A stretch of DNA of 54,882 nucleotides, filler included, from Circinaria calcarea (lineage: Eukaryota), in NCBI GenBank assembly GCA_051942165.1. It is 2 parts of 2 records of this genome, joined end to end, with 100 filler letters (N's around TTAATTAATTAA, not from the genome) between each part and the next. Parts side by side here need not be neighbours in the genome. Positions count along the whole stretch, not along the records: positions 27,571 to 54,882 come from JAVECS010000067.1; 1 more part is not named here. One strand, 5' to 3'. The notes below the pieces were generated by a model, which did not search any database, was not told where the DNA came from, and worked only from the letters and a program-made list of their open reading frames with translations. Below are positions 38,615 to 50,336 of the stretch, in pieces. Positions within the stretch are counted from its first letter, which is position 1. Each line of letters opens with the position of its first letter. A program made the position numbers and the translations under genes.

Positions 38615-40517
38615 TTATATCTTACCTACCCGCTCCCCACTGCCCACTCCTACTTCGGAAAGCCCCCTGCTTATACCTTCCACCTCAGCCGGCAGCTGCA
38701 CCTCCAACGGATCGACGCCGTTTTTCAACTCGCTCTTGCTCACCATGTTTCCCCGCCGCATCAGCTCTGCGCACTTGCTCATGATCGGATCCATCTGCAT
38801 GCTCGCCACCGCCACCACCGTCTCCCCCTGCGTGTAGTAGGCCGCAAACTTGCCTTGGTCCGGCTCGCCCTTCAGCACCAGCTCGTCCCAGCCGTTGGGC
38901 GTGTTGCCGCAGTACCGGAGCTGGGAGCCGAGCGCGGACCAGAAGATGGGGATGAAAGGTTTGGGTTTAGCCGAGGGGTGGACGATGCTGTAGCCCGCGC
39001 TGCGGCCCGAGTTTTGCGCCACGTTCCAGTGCTCGATGCGGGTCGGGGTGCCGTTACCGCCCGGACCGTGGTAGGGGTACGTGGCGATGTCACCAATGGC
39101 GTAGACGTCGTCGAGGCCGACGACTTGAAAATTCTCGTTGCATCGGAGAGAACCGTCTTTTTCGAGTTCGACGCTCTTGTTGTCCTTGAGGAATTCGGTT
39201 GCGGGTGCGACACCGATACCTAAGATGACGAGATCGGCGGGGAGGCTAGTGCCATCTTTGAGTTGGATTGCGCCAACCTTTTTAGGGTCGGATGAGGATG
39301 GGGTGGCTTTTTCAACTCCGGCTTCCATGCGGAATTTGACGCCCTTCTTGGAGATGATATTCTGGATGATGTCGCCAACTTCTGCACCCATGACACGTTC
39401 AAGGGGTTTCTTCTCCATACCGACGATTGTGACATTGTTTTTTGCCGACAGGCAATTAGCAACTTCCATTCCAATGAAGGAGCTGCCGATGACGACGATG
39501 TTCTTGCCCTGGTCTTCACCAACGGCCGAGAGAATACCTTGAACGTCAGGGATGGTGCGGAGAAGGAATACATTATCCAGGTCTTTGAAGCCGGGAAGTG
39601 GAAGCATCTTGGGGGTACCACCTGTGGCAAGGATGAGCTTGGTGTAGGAGTAGGATTTGCCTGATTTGGTCAATATTTTCTTGCTCTGGAAAACTATATC
39701 GGAGACTTGGTCGGAGACGGTCTTGATGGAGGCCGAGTCAAACCATTCTTGTGGGCGGAGCTGGACTTTCAATGGGTCAGGAATCAGAGCCTTGGAGAGT
39801 TTTGTGCGGTCGATGGGAAGATTAGGTTCGCGCGAGATGACCGTGATGCCACCCTTGTAGCCTTGTTCTCGTAGTGCCTGTAATGCTCCCATTGTTCCAC
39901 TCCCTCTATACGGCAGACTATTAGCCTTTCTCCATCGCAGTTGAAACGAGGTTTTGCCTACCCTCCTATAATGACCACTCTTTCCTCTCCCGATGCTGAG
40001 CATTTGAGGTTTGCAGAACCCCTATTTGACTTGATGGTGGCTTCCTCGCCCTTGATGAATACTCCACCATCCTTCTCCACTATGTCGAACTTCGCAATCG
40101 GATCGAGAGCCGGTGCGTCTTCGACGTCGCCGGTGGCCACATTGAAGCAAGCTGCAACATTGCGTTAGCATAATTCCCTCTCAGCTTAGTTCTTCCAGCA
40201 TCCTTACCTCCGTGCCATGCGCACGTCAATCGTCCATCCGGCGTCAAGACGCCCAATTTTAGTGGTGCACCGTAATGCGTACAATTGGAGCTCATAGCAT
40301 GTGTCTTGTCGCCTTGTTTCAGCAGCAGAACCTTCCCACCCTCGATTCCCTCCACCTCGACCTCGCGCTTCTCGCCATTTTTTAAATTTAACGCCGTCAA
40401 GCCCTTGAGCTTGTATTCTTGGGCCATACTCCTTGAAGATGTGCTGAAGGGTGCTTGGTAGAGCTTGCGTGACAGTAACCTTGTATTCAAAGCTATACAC
40501 AAACGAAAGGATGGCAT
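38615..40517 (-). CDS. AIF-like (Nfrl/AIFM3-type) oxidoreductase with N-terminal Rieske domain
   Basis: Rieske CTHYGAPL and CAWHG; FAD/NAD motifs IIGG/GSG, IGSSFIGME, YAIGDIA, RIEHWNVA, FWSALGSQLRY. Exact termini uncertain. Confidence 0.9.
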
Positions 40518-40992
40518 GCAAGCCCCTGACTTGATGCTCTGACAGAGGAGTGCGGGATATGAAGCTCTTGGACGCAGATGATTATGAATCATGAATCATG
40601 AACAGACAGACTCCATCCAATATAACCCCGCCAAATGCCCCTCGTCTCAACTTTCGATTCTACCCGTCGCTAATCCTTTAGTGTGGACTGTTTGAAAACT
40701 AAATCTCTCACGTGGGGACAATGCAGGAATATCTGGGATTATGGGTCAGTAACCAAGGACGGTCTGGACATTTTACATATATCCGTTAATTATTACTAAA
40801 TCAGCCGGCTTCCTTACAACGCCGTCCACCCAAGCTGGCCTTCATTCAATAATAAATTTCCGGAGTCCCAAGCATTCATTGTGATGGCCAATCAATAGTC
40901 TACCCAATCCCAGTCTACTGGAGACCCGGGCCATTAATTTTGTGGCTCTGCCAAAATATCAGATGAAGCATGTACCACCGTATAGCCCGAGT

Positions 40993-42743
40993 CTAAGGGA
41001 ATAATCTCTCATCCGTTCGAAGTCGTCCGTTTCTCTTTTCATCCCCCACCGGCTTCGTCACTTCTGGCTGTTGATAGTCCCTCCTCGGCCCATCCACCGG
41101 CCCAATATCTTCGGCTACGGCGTCCTCATAGCTTGGTGGGGGTGGCTCTTCGGCATCATCGGCTGGAGGGACAGCAGACTGAGCACTCGAGGCACCTGGT
41201 ATCGAGGGATTTGACAAGGGTATTGGTGATGGCGGTTGGGAGGTCGAGGGTGCGCCGAAAGCGGCCGGACGATGGGGCCGCAGTAGAGGATGCGTTTCTG
41301 CATGACGAGCCATCTCCGCAAGGAGAGCGGGCGGGGGAGCAATGCCCGAGTAAACCTGCACCGGCATGCGCAGTGGCTGAACTGTTACTTCTGGCTGGTT
41401 ACTGTCAGCACGTGAAACGGCAAATCAATGCCTGTAAGCAATACCTTCAGATTTCCAGGTGTGCCATACCCAAGGCCTACTTTGATTTCCAACTCGTAAT
41501 AACGAGAAAGATTACACGTCTCGAAAGTTGGAGCCACCGTATTCGGCAAAGGTACCTGTTTCCAGAATGTGCTGTCAATCTCCATCTCTCTCTCTGTAGG
41601 TGTGTTGGAATTTCCCAACGGTAACTGTAAGTTGCTCAAACTTGCAATAATCCAGCTCCCTTTCTCCTGTCTTGCGAATTGATGAGCCCGAATACGTGTG
41701 TAACCGATGAGTTCCACATGTATGAGCTGGAGAAACAGGTTTTCAGGGGTCTCATTCAATTTCGTGACGAGTATCCGCAGGGGGAGAGGTTCGTTGCAGG
41801 TGATGACCGCCGGATCTGGCAGTCGACCATCAATGCTCACTATTGGCGGAGGACCTGTTGCAGGAGCCGGGGTAGACTGCTTCCTAAACAGCCCTGGCTT
41901 TGGGGGTATTGGTATAGGGGGAGAGAATGCGTGTTGCCTCCGTGCATACGATTCTCGTCGGTTAGCCAAGGGTCGAGGTGGTTCAATGGGGAAGAACTTG
42001 AAATCTGAAGACTGCCGGAGACATAAGCCAACACTTTCTATCGGCATTACCAAGTATACGACATACTGCCCGGAAGTTCTCCTTGTAGAAGGCTGATCTT
42101 TGAACCGTAACCTTGACAAAGTAGCGTATTTCTGCTTCCCCGGGAAAGCCACTCAAAGAGGGCGGCAGAGTCTTCTTCACGTGTCTGTTGGTGTCCTTGG
42201 CAATTTCCATGCGCCTGCCGGTCACGTTCAGATTGGTGAATACAGTATTGGTGGCTAAGCAGCTGTTGTTGAATGGAATCTGGAAAGCGGGCAGTTCAGT
42301 CTCCTGGATTGACCCATGGTTCTAGTAGACCGCCTACCTTGAATTGAAATGGATATTCATGCTGGCCAGGTGGAAGAGTGAAGTTGGAGATCCTTGGCGT
42401 TGCTTGTTGCAGCTCCACCGATGGGAACACCGTCGTCACTTTGTACAGCAGCTACCCGGCAGTCAGGAGCCCATCGAGGACTAAAGGCCATCACCGCTTA
42501 CCTACTTACCTTGTGTACCTCCAGTTCGGTCTGCCCCCTGTCATATGGGTCCAGGCCGTACTCATGAGATTGTCCAGGCGCCTGGGCCGGACTGGCCAGT
42601 CGAGTTCGACTTTCGCCTTCTAGCTTCACCACGACGGCGGAAATGGTCTCTTGGCTGAAGAGGTTCAGAATGATTCTGCCAGTAATAATATCGAGATTCG
42701 TAAAGAAGGCATGTGGTTTGTCTAATTGCACGCGTACAGACAT
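40993..42743 (-). CDS. Alpha-arrestin (arrestin-N domain) with PPxY motif
   Basis: VKLEGESRTRL, ELEVHK, HVKKTLPPSL, IRYFVKVTVQR, PTFETCNLSRYY, C-terminal PPPSYEDA. Confidence 0.85.
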
Positions 42744-43637
42744 GTTTGAATCGAGAGGGTTGATGAGAAAGCTAGACGACAAACAGACAGAGCATGGGAT
42801 TGGCAAAGGCAGTATTGCTGGGCGATAGCTTCACGGTAGAGGAAAGGGATCGCAGGAGGATGAGCTCTTCACATCATCTTCCTCAATCAGAAACTCCTTC
42901 TACACGCAGGGGCTTCTCCTGGAAGGTTGCAATTCAATCCGCGTGGAACTCCGCCCACTGCTATTCATATAAAGTGGTACGAAGACCCAATCTCCTTTCA
43001 GCGGTCCTCGGCCTATCACCGGTTCCAGTAGCTCCCATGGATTACGTGATGAATCCACGGGCTCAGGAAGAAAATTAAAGCAGACTGTGTTCATCAGATT
43101 GGTCGTCGCTGAAGGCATCTACACACCACCCCGGCATTTCCAGGCAACTGCGCCTCTCTGGCTGACGTTTTCAACCGAGTCTCCGAGTGTGCCTCGTAGA
43201 GAGCCTGACGATGACGATTGGATGCATCCAGGTTGACCAACCTAGTAATCTTACATTATCTTCTAATCACTACCTACTGTACACTATTCATAGATATCAC
43301 ACTCCTCGTGGTGCGACGAACATATGAACAGGCTCGTCTTATTGTTCCATATAACCAATTCTTCGCCCCAGGACTTGTTCCGCGCTGATCTCCGCAGTTC
43401 ATGCACCTAAGTACTTCCCCATCCGTCCAAACACGCTATTCTTAACAACCATTCGAGATCAAATCTCGCTTCCACCAAAGCTTAAGGTGCCTTTTCGTTC
43501 CAAAAGTAGGCCGTCTATAGCAGGATGACGGTCCTCAGCCCATATGATTGAGGAGGATGCTTCTGACGGGACACATCAGGGCCATCTATGCTATGTCCTT
43601 CTCCTTAAATGATAATGGATTGTGTTGCAAAGTGTGT

Positions 43638-45151
43638 TTAGAAACCCTCTTTGGAAAGCATATCTAAAAATGGATTAATAGAAGAGGTGGCAGAAATCTC
43701 GATAAAAGTACCACTTCTTACCTCCGATACTCAAGTAGAACGCTATTGCATTAAAGCTAACAGTAATTTTTACATCAGTATAAAAATCTTCCTGACAGCG
43801 ACGGTGAATTTACTTTCGCTTATGCCCCGTCAATTCCCATACCAGCCATCGGAGCCGATTCGTCCAATTAATAAGATCAAGATGGCTGACCCCAACCAGT
43901 GTACCCTTATATGCTCCCCATTGACTGCTGGCAACACTGACTAATCCATCATTCGGACCTTCTTCTCGTTCGACTACGCGATGAGACTGACGGAAAGCCG
44001 ACCACAGTGAAGGTTGGGCTGTAGCCCCATATGAAAAGTATCTTCAATGCAGGATCAGGTAAATGCTATCGAAGAGGAAAGTGATCGAATACCTACCGTA
44101 CACCTTCACGGTCAGGGGTCCTTGGGTTGAAGTCTTCTTGCATATAACGACGAGTTAACTGGCTGAATGCACCAGTTTCTATACCCAAGGAATCCAGCAC
44201 TTTGTAGACTTTTGGTAGGTGGCCGGCTAAAAGACTCAGTCACATAAGGCAAAGAATACGGCAAGTCGAACATACGTCCGATTTGATCGAATACATCTCC
44301 CGATTGTGAAGTTTGTTAACAAAACGGGATCTCGGCAAGCAGGAAGAATTCAAACATACAGTCAGCGAAAGCAGAGCCTGCAAAAGTCTCAGTCACCGTT
44401 TCAAGGGAATTTGTATAGGGAATCACCTCGATGCGGAGTCGCTATGGTCGTGAGACTTAGAACTTTAAGGTTTGGAGGTTTGAGACGACTAATCATATAA
44501 CGTGAATCAAGACCGCTATAGAGCCTTGTCAGTGTCTTGCGGTAGCCTTCCGGTACTGGATGGGCTGCGTACCCCTATCAAAACATGAGGCAGGATCGCC
44601 TACGCAATGTAAGACGATCATACCATACTATGCCTATGATGAGTCAGTCATGCTCCCACGCAACCCGGGTCTCTGCCATACGCGATGATGTTCACGCTTT
44701 TCCCAGCAGCTTTCCTGAAAATATCGTCGCTTAATTTCGCCGCTCTGGCCTCGATAGAAGCCGATGCTGGTACGTGAGCTGTTATGACCTCGATTCCATT
44801 AGCTTCGAGGGCTTCTGTAATTCCTCTCCAGTAGTGGATTGCGGGAAGTAATCTGCCTCCTAAACGTAGCTCATCAAAGCCCAATAGCCCATGGGCCAGG
44901 ATGATGGGATTCTTCGGAGTTGCTATACAATTTAAGCGTGTACACAACACGCCCAGCAGCAAATACTGACCGTAATTTTCGCGGATGGCAGCGTACTCAT
45001 CTTCGATCACATGTCCGATGCCAGCAGCTCGCGGACTTACGGGGTCAGAAGATTTTGCGTCGCCAGATACGTTCCTCCGTGAAAGAGGTAAAAGGATTAG
45101 AGAGCGGCTTCGGGACCAACATGGCTTGATGAGAGAAAGCAAAGAAGTCAT
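43638..45151 (-). CDS. Triacylglycerol lipase, Tgl2-like alpha/beta hydrolase (multi-exon)
   Basis: ILAHGLLGF, YWRGI, AHSMGGLD (split over exons), TTIATPHRG, NDGLVSV, HLDLINW; ends DMLSKEGF*. Confidence 0.85.
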
Positions 45152-45844
45152 AACTCTATTCTGAAGTCCAGCAAATGAAATCCGATTGCCCAATGAATGC
45201 TTCTATGTGAAACCCGACAATCTATGCACTCCCCGTCACGCTGCCATAAATAAGCAAAGTAATTGTAGCAATCCCCCGAAGGTCTCGAGCATCATGCCCA
45301 ATTACACCGTCTATCCTATTCAACCAACAGTGAGAAGGTATGCCGAAGCTAGATAACTTAGGGTTAGCGGGATTAAGGTTCGCAATAGGGGCACATTCTC
45401 ATTCAGACGCAGATTTAATACTGTATCCCTAAGTTGTCCTTACGCCCCTTTCCATAACTGATGTTATGGAAATTCTCTCTTGTCATGTATATTCTATGTC
45501 AGGCATATATATTCTATCGTGGTCGATCAGTCTAGGCCTGGGCTTCCTCGATGGAATGCAGACTAAACTACCATGAGCGAGTGTGTGGCTTTCCAGCATT
45601 CCTTGATAATGGGTGGCGGAGAGGACAATGTTTATCATTCCAGACCCCTCGGTCTTATTTCCTCGTGTTTCCATATCTTATAGCCTTTCTCCTGAGTTAT
45701 GCTTCCTGATCCTTCTACTACTGATACCTTCTTTTACATCAATCTTGACTCCACGTCTTTCCAGACGGCACTCCTTTAGTTGCGTCTTCGCTATACCTCT
45801 AAGCCGACAACATTTTCTCCACATCGCAGTCTTGCTCTATCATC

Positions 45845-47992
45845 ATGAGAGGAGTTCATTGCCTCGGAGCACTGCTCTCGATAGTGGAATTGCTAAAGCC
45901 AACTGCCGCAGCCTCGACCGTTACGGTATCGATAAATACCGCAGTATGTCCGCTAGCGACCAGTCCGTTTCCTCCTCCTGCTCAGTCTACTTCTGCTGTC
46001 GTCGTCTTATACACCACTACCAACTCTGAAGGATCTGTGGTTATCAGTTCAAGTACATCTTTCGCGCCATTTTCAGGTTCAACCGGCTCTAGGTCGGTGG
46101 TCATTGTTTACACTAGTACTGGCTCCACTGGGAATGTTTTTACTAGCTCAACTACATCTTTGGCTCCCGTATCCGCCTCCGCCTCCACCTCTGCGCCTTT
46201 TGCCTCGATTGCGATGCCTCCAACGTCGGCTAGCTCGGTTGGCAGTAGCTCATCCACGATCCAGGCCCCCGCTGGCCCTACCTCACCATGTCCAGCATCC
46301 ATCGCTGCAGTGTATCAGGATCCCTCTGGGAACGATTATCAGCTATTTTGCACTACGGATTTCCTTGATAACGACATTCCAGCTCAGACGGTTTCTACCT
46401 TTATTGCATGTATGTCTGCATGTGACAGCTACGTCCCCACCACAGCAGGACCATATGCTGGCAAGTCCTGTGTCGCTGTTACGTGGACAGGTGATAGCAA
46501 TCTCGCTTATACCAATTGCTATCTCAAAGACGCCATCGAAAATGTTATATACGGCAACGGAACAAAATATAGCGCTAAGCGTGCTAGCTACAATCCACCA
46601 GTGGGCGGTGTCTCGGTTTCTGTGCTAACTCCAAGTGGCTCTGCTGCTTCCACGGCTTTTGCGGCTAGCAGCACCTCCTCGGTCTTGAGTTCCATGCTGT
46701 TCTCGTCAAGTTTCCAAACGGCTGCATCTTCCTCTTTCACAGCCACTTCGTCTTCATCTTCGATCACTAGCACATCCACATCCACCGGTCCATCTTCTAC
46801 TAGCTCGGTTCAAATTAGATACCCTTGCCCAGCTAGCGATGGTCAGGTCTACAGCTCTACGGGCTCCCCATCACAACAATATCGGATAGAATGCGGCAGT
46901 AGCATTTCGGATAACGATATATCTGCTCTGACCCTGAACACATTCGAGGAGTGCATAGCTGCTTGCGATAGCTATGGGCCAGGTGCTCAAACGCCCTGTG
47001 TAGCAGTCAACTGGGCTCCTGAATTTGTCAATTATCCGAACTGTTATCTTAAGTCTGACGCCACTGGTATCACCACGAACGCTCAAGAGGATTGTGCAAT
47101 TCTCCTTGCCTCCGCTTCAGGTTCAGCTACATCTATTTCTACTACCATCAGCAGCGCCTCTTCTATCGGCAGCGCCTCTTCTATAAGCAGCATTTCCTCT
47201 GGCAGTAGCACATCTACCCCCACTGGCACCGCTACACTCAATTGTCCGGCTTCTACCTTCTCACCAGAAACTAGAGCTCCTTGTCCAGGTAGAGATGGTC
47301 AAGACTTTACTACCACAAATGGACGGACATACGGGGTCTCTTGTGGCCTAGCCCTTGGTAACAATGACTTGCCGGCTCAGATACTTACCACCTTTGAAGA
47401 ATGCATGAACGCTTGCGACGCATATGACCCAACTACGCAAATTGATCCCAAGGCCCGGTATCCCTGTACAGCAGTTAACTGGGCTCCTGAGTTGAGACCC
47501 GGATATCTGAACTGTTACCTCAAATCCCAGGTTACCATTTCAAGTCCAAGTTGCCAGGAAGACAGCGCTATTCTTCGACAGGCTTCACCAAGTCAGACCG
47601 CCCCGGGAAGTGGTTCCTCCTCCACCAGTGTCACACCTTCTCCGATCAGCAGCCGTGCTCCAGTCAGCTCGGCCGACGCCGCAGCTCCTTGTCCTGGAGC
47701 GAATAATACTGTTTATCAACAAAGTAGCACACGCAGTTATTCAATCCTTTGCGATGTTAGCCTTCAGAACTACGATCTCCTGGCTACGAACGTGTATACC
47801 TTTCAGGAGTGTATGGCTGCCTGCGATAGCTATGTCCCACCTGCAGCGCCAGATCCCAATTCTGGATATTCGTGTGCTGCAGTCAATTGGGCACCTCAGT
47901 ACACCAACTATTACAACTGTTTTCTCAAGTACTCTACTTCTCCCACCGATCAAGTGTACAAGGTGCCGGAGGACAGTGCGATCCTTGTCTGA
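45845..47992 (+). CDS. Secreted Ser/Thr-rich protein with four Cys-rich PAN/Apple-like repeats
   Basis: 715-aa single ORF; signal-peptide-like N-terminus; four repeats of CP..Y...C......D......F..C..ACD.Y...C.AV.W....NCY/FLK separated by S/T-rich linkers. Confidence 0.8.
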   Translation: MRGVHCLGALLSIVELLKPTAAASTVTVSINTAVCPLATSPFPPPAQSTSAVVVLYTTTNSEGSVVISSSTSFAPFSGSTGSRSVVIVYTSTGSTGNVFTSSTTSLAPVSASASTSAPFASIAMPPTSASSVGSSSSTIQAPAGPTSPCPASIAAVYQDPSGNDYQLFCTTDFLDNDIPAQTVSTFIACMSACDSYVPTTAGPYAGKSCVAVTWTGDSNLAYTNCYLKDAIENVIYGNGTKYSAKRASYNPPVGGVSVSVLTPSGSAASTAFAASSTSSVLSSMLFSSSFQTAASSSFTATSSSSSITSTSTSTGPSSTSSVQIRYPCPASDGQVYSSTGSPSQQYRIECGSSISDNDISALTLNTFEECIAACDSYGPGAQTPCVAVNWAPEFVNYPNCYLKSDATGITTNAQEDCAILLASASGSATSISTTISSASSIGSASSISSISSGSSTSTPTGTATLNCPASTFSPETRAPCPGRDGQDFTTTNGRTYGVSCGLALGNNDLPAQILTTFEECMNACDAYDPTTQIDPKARYPCTAVNWAPELRPGYLNCYLKSQVTISSPSCQEDSAILRQASPSQTAPGSGSSSTSVTPSPISSRAPVSSADAAAPCPGANNTVYQQSSTRSYSILCDVSLQNYDLLATNVYTFQECMAACDSYVPPAAPDPNSGYSCAAVNWAPQYTNYYNCFLKYSTSPTDQVYKVPEDSAILV

Positions 47993-48267
47993 TAATCATT
48001 TAACAGCAGTTGAGTAGCAGTTCTACTGATCTTGATTCGGAACTGGGTTGGAAACAGGAGGCAGGGGTCTGGCTCGGATCCTTGCTTTTTGCGGTTTACT
48101 GTTAGCATAATCGACTTTGAGTGCTTTGTCGTTATGAATAGATCTAATTAGGCTGTCGGACCATACTTGCAGCATGGTTTCTAATTATAAACATAATGAA
48201 TATCACTGTCGTTACTACTATGCAGTTGAAGTAAAACTTTTAGCGTAGCGATCTCCCATCTACCTCT

Positions 48268-48963
48268 CTATGCCGGTGCAGCGACCCTGTCCGGGACCTC
48301 CGGCTTCACCTCCATGACCACCCGTAGCAGCTCTTCAACAACTTTGTCCCCCGATTTCTCGCCTACCTCCTTGATCTTCTGCATTTGTTCGTCGGCGTCT
48401 CTCTTGGCATCCTCTTCGGCTTTCTTGTTGCCGCTCGTATGCTATCACCCTCAAATCAGAGACCGAAAAGACAAGGTCACTAGTAGCTGTTGCAGGGCGT
48501 GGGAAAGGTATCAGGTTAAGGGTTGAGCTTGCGGGAAGGGTGGCGGATACCTCTTTCTCGAACTTCTTGAACTCTTCGTCTTTTTGCTGACGGTATTCTT
48601 CTATCTCTTTCTGGGCTTCGGAGCGGGCGTCCTTGACTCGTTTGGTCCTGTCTGCGAACAGGTGGGACGGTTAGAAAGATGGGGGAAAGAGGTCTGTCCG
48701 GGGAGCAGTGTACATTCTCTGGCTGTGCAAGTTAGCGTATGCCCAATTGAGGCAAGGAGCGTTTGAGTGCGGAGATACCTTTTTGTACAATCTTCTGGGC
48801 TTCTCTCTCGGCCTGAGGGGAGGGAGTTAGCTGGGTGATAGTATGTAGATAAGGTGAGGCGGGTTTACGTCGAGGAGGGTCTGGATCCCCGCGGAGTTTT
48901 GAGCAGACTACAATCATTATTAGCAGGCACCATGTAGATTGTAGCTTTCAGTGAATATACCAT
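48268..48963 (-). CDS. VMA10: V-type ATPase subunit G
   Basis: M|SAQNSAGIQTLLD|AEREAQKIVQK...RTKRVKDARSEAQKEIEEYR...HTSGNKKAEEDA over several introns. Confidence 0.93.
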
Positions 48964-49148
48964 AGCCGCTGAGGTTGTTTATAAGAACAGGATACGGGGT
49001 GGTTATGACGAAGGGTTGGTCTTGATGGCCCGTGAATTGAGCTTAATCCTTGCTCGGCCTAGTAGAGGATCTACCCTGTTCGTGATACAGTTTCAATGAT
49101 GCTCTACGAGTTGAAAATTGGACTTAAAAACTGGACTTGGGTTCGGCA

Positions 49149-49459
49149 ATGTCAAGAGCAGCCAAACTAACACTTGCTGGCACATCTGTCATGGCTATCA
49201 GTATAGTTGTGTTTGTGCATTACGCGCAGCAGTCCGAAAAAGCTGTAGGTTGAATCTCTCTTCTTCATGTCTGACTATACTGTATGCTTATCACAATTAG
49301 GCGATGCATGCTGGCGTCTTACGGGATATCGAGCAGCAAAGAGTCAAGAAAGAGAGATTGGCTGATTTCGAAATGCAAAGGGCTTTGGAGCAGGAATACC
49401 GGAGGGTGCAGTCGGTGCATGATGGAGCCGTTGAAGGACTAGGAGGAGCTACTAGCTGA
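49149..49459 (+). CDS. PET117: Cytochrome c oxidase assembly factor Pet117
   Basis: MSRAAKLTLAGT...VVFVHYAQQSEKA|AMHAGVLRDIEQQRVKKERLADFEMQRALEQEY; one intron at about 49245-49300; not in the ORF track. Confidence 0.88.
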
Positions 49460-50336
49460 AGATGTCAGCATGAGCAGGTTCCTATGGATCAAAGGTGCAG
49501 TGCCATCTGCGTCCACCCTGTTTTATGGCACGGTCTCTGTTGCACAAGATCTTGTATTGAACACAGTCCTGATACGGCACAGTCGATCAGCAAACCGACC
49601 CTGCCGATCCACCTTTTGGCCGACCACTTCTACACGGATATATGTGAAGGGGGACTGCACATTGGAATAGAAGTAGAATTGGGCCAGAATGGTTGGCAAG
49701 CTGGGAATGATGGCGGCGGATAAAGGTCAATGGGCTGGGGATTACGCAAGGTCCTCATTGGAATCTTACGTCCTCTACCTACCAGTATTTAGGAGGTCTA
49801 CGGAAGATACTCGACGATTTGAGAAACTAGAGTCGATACTCTCTCTGAGCAGTTTTGTTTTCTACATCTGTTTTGTGAGACGGAATAGAGTTGCAGCTAG
49901 CAACTGGCGGCCGGACCAGAACTCATTTTTGAGGAGGATTGCTTTTCCAGGTGTCGCCAACATAATGGAGGATACCTTCGGATATTATTAATCGGCATCA
50001 ATGCTTGGGATCAAAGAACACTGCTTGGTGGGTGACACAGCCTAGGAATTGTGGTTATGATTGGTCATCCTGACCACCAGGAGGCTTCATTAAGCATAAA
50101 TGACATGTCACGTGAACAGAGGCTTATCTGTGGAGTCGTCGCCCAATGGTTCGCGAGTGTGATGATCGCCGTAGAGGGACTAACCAACGGTGCGACCCCT
50201 TGCTTGCGAGATCGACTACCACATCGGGCGGGGCAGCTGAAATTTCAATAGTGACGGACATATGAAGCGGTGTCGCCCAGTTCCATCCTTGTTGAAGTTT
50301 TATTAACCGCGACTGCTATCGATCCTGAGAGCAAGG

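Noticed and set aside
43638..45151. Lipase as the cluster's release hydrolase
   Set aside because: Looks like a housekeeping Tgl2-type enzyme, about 17 kb away and across the artificial linker; no copy of the shared motif noticed upstream.
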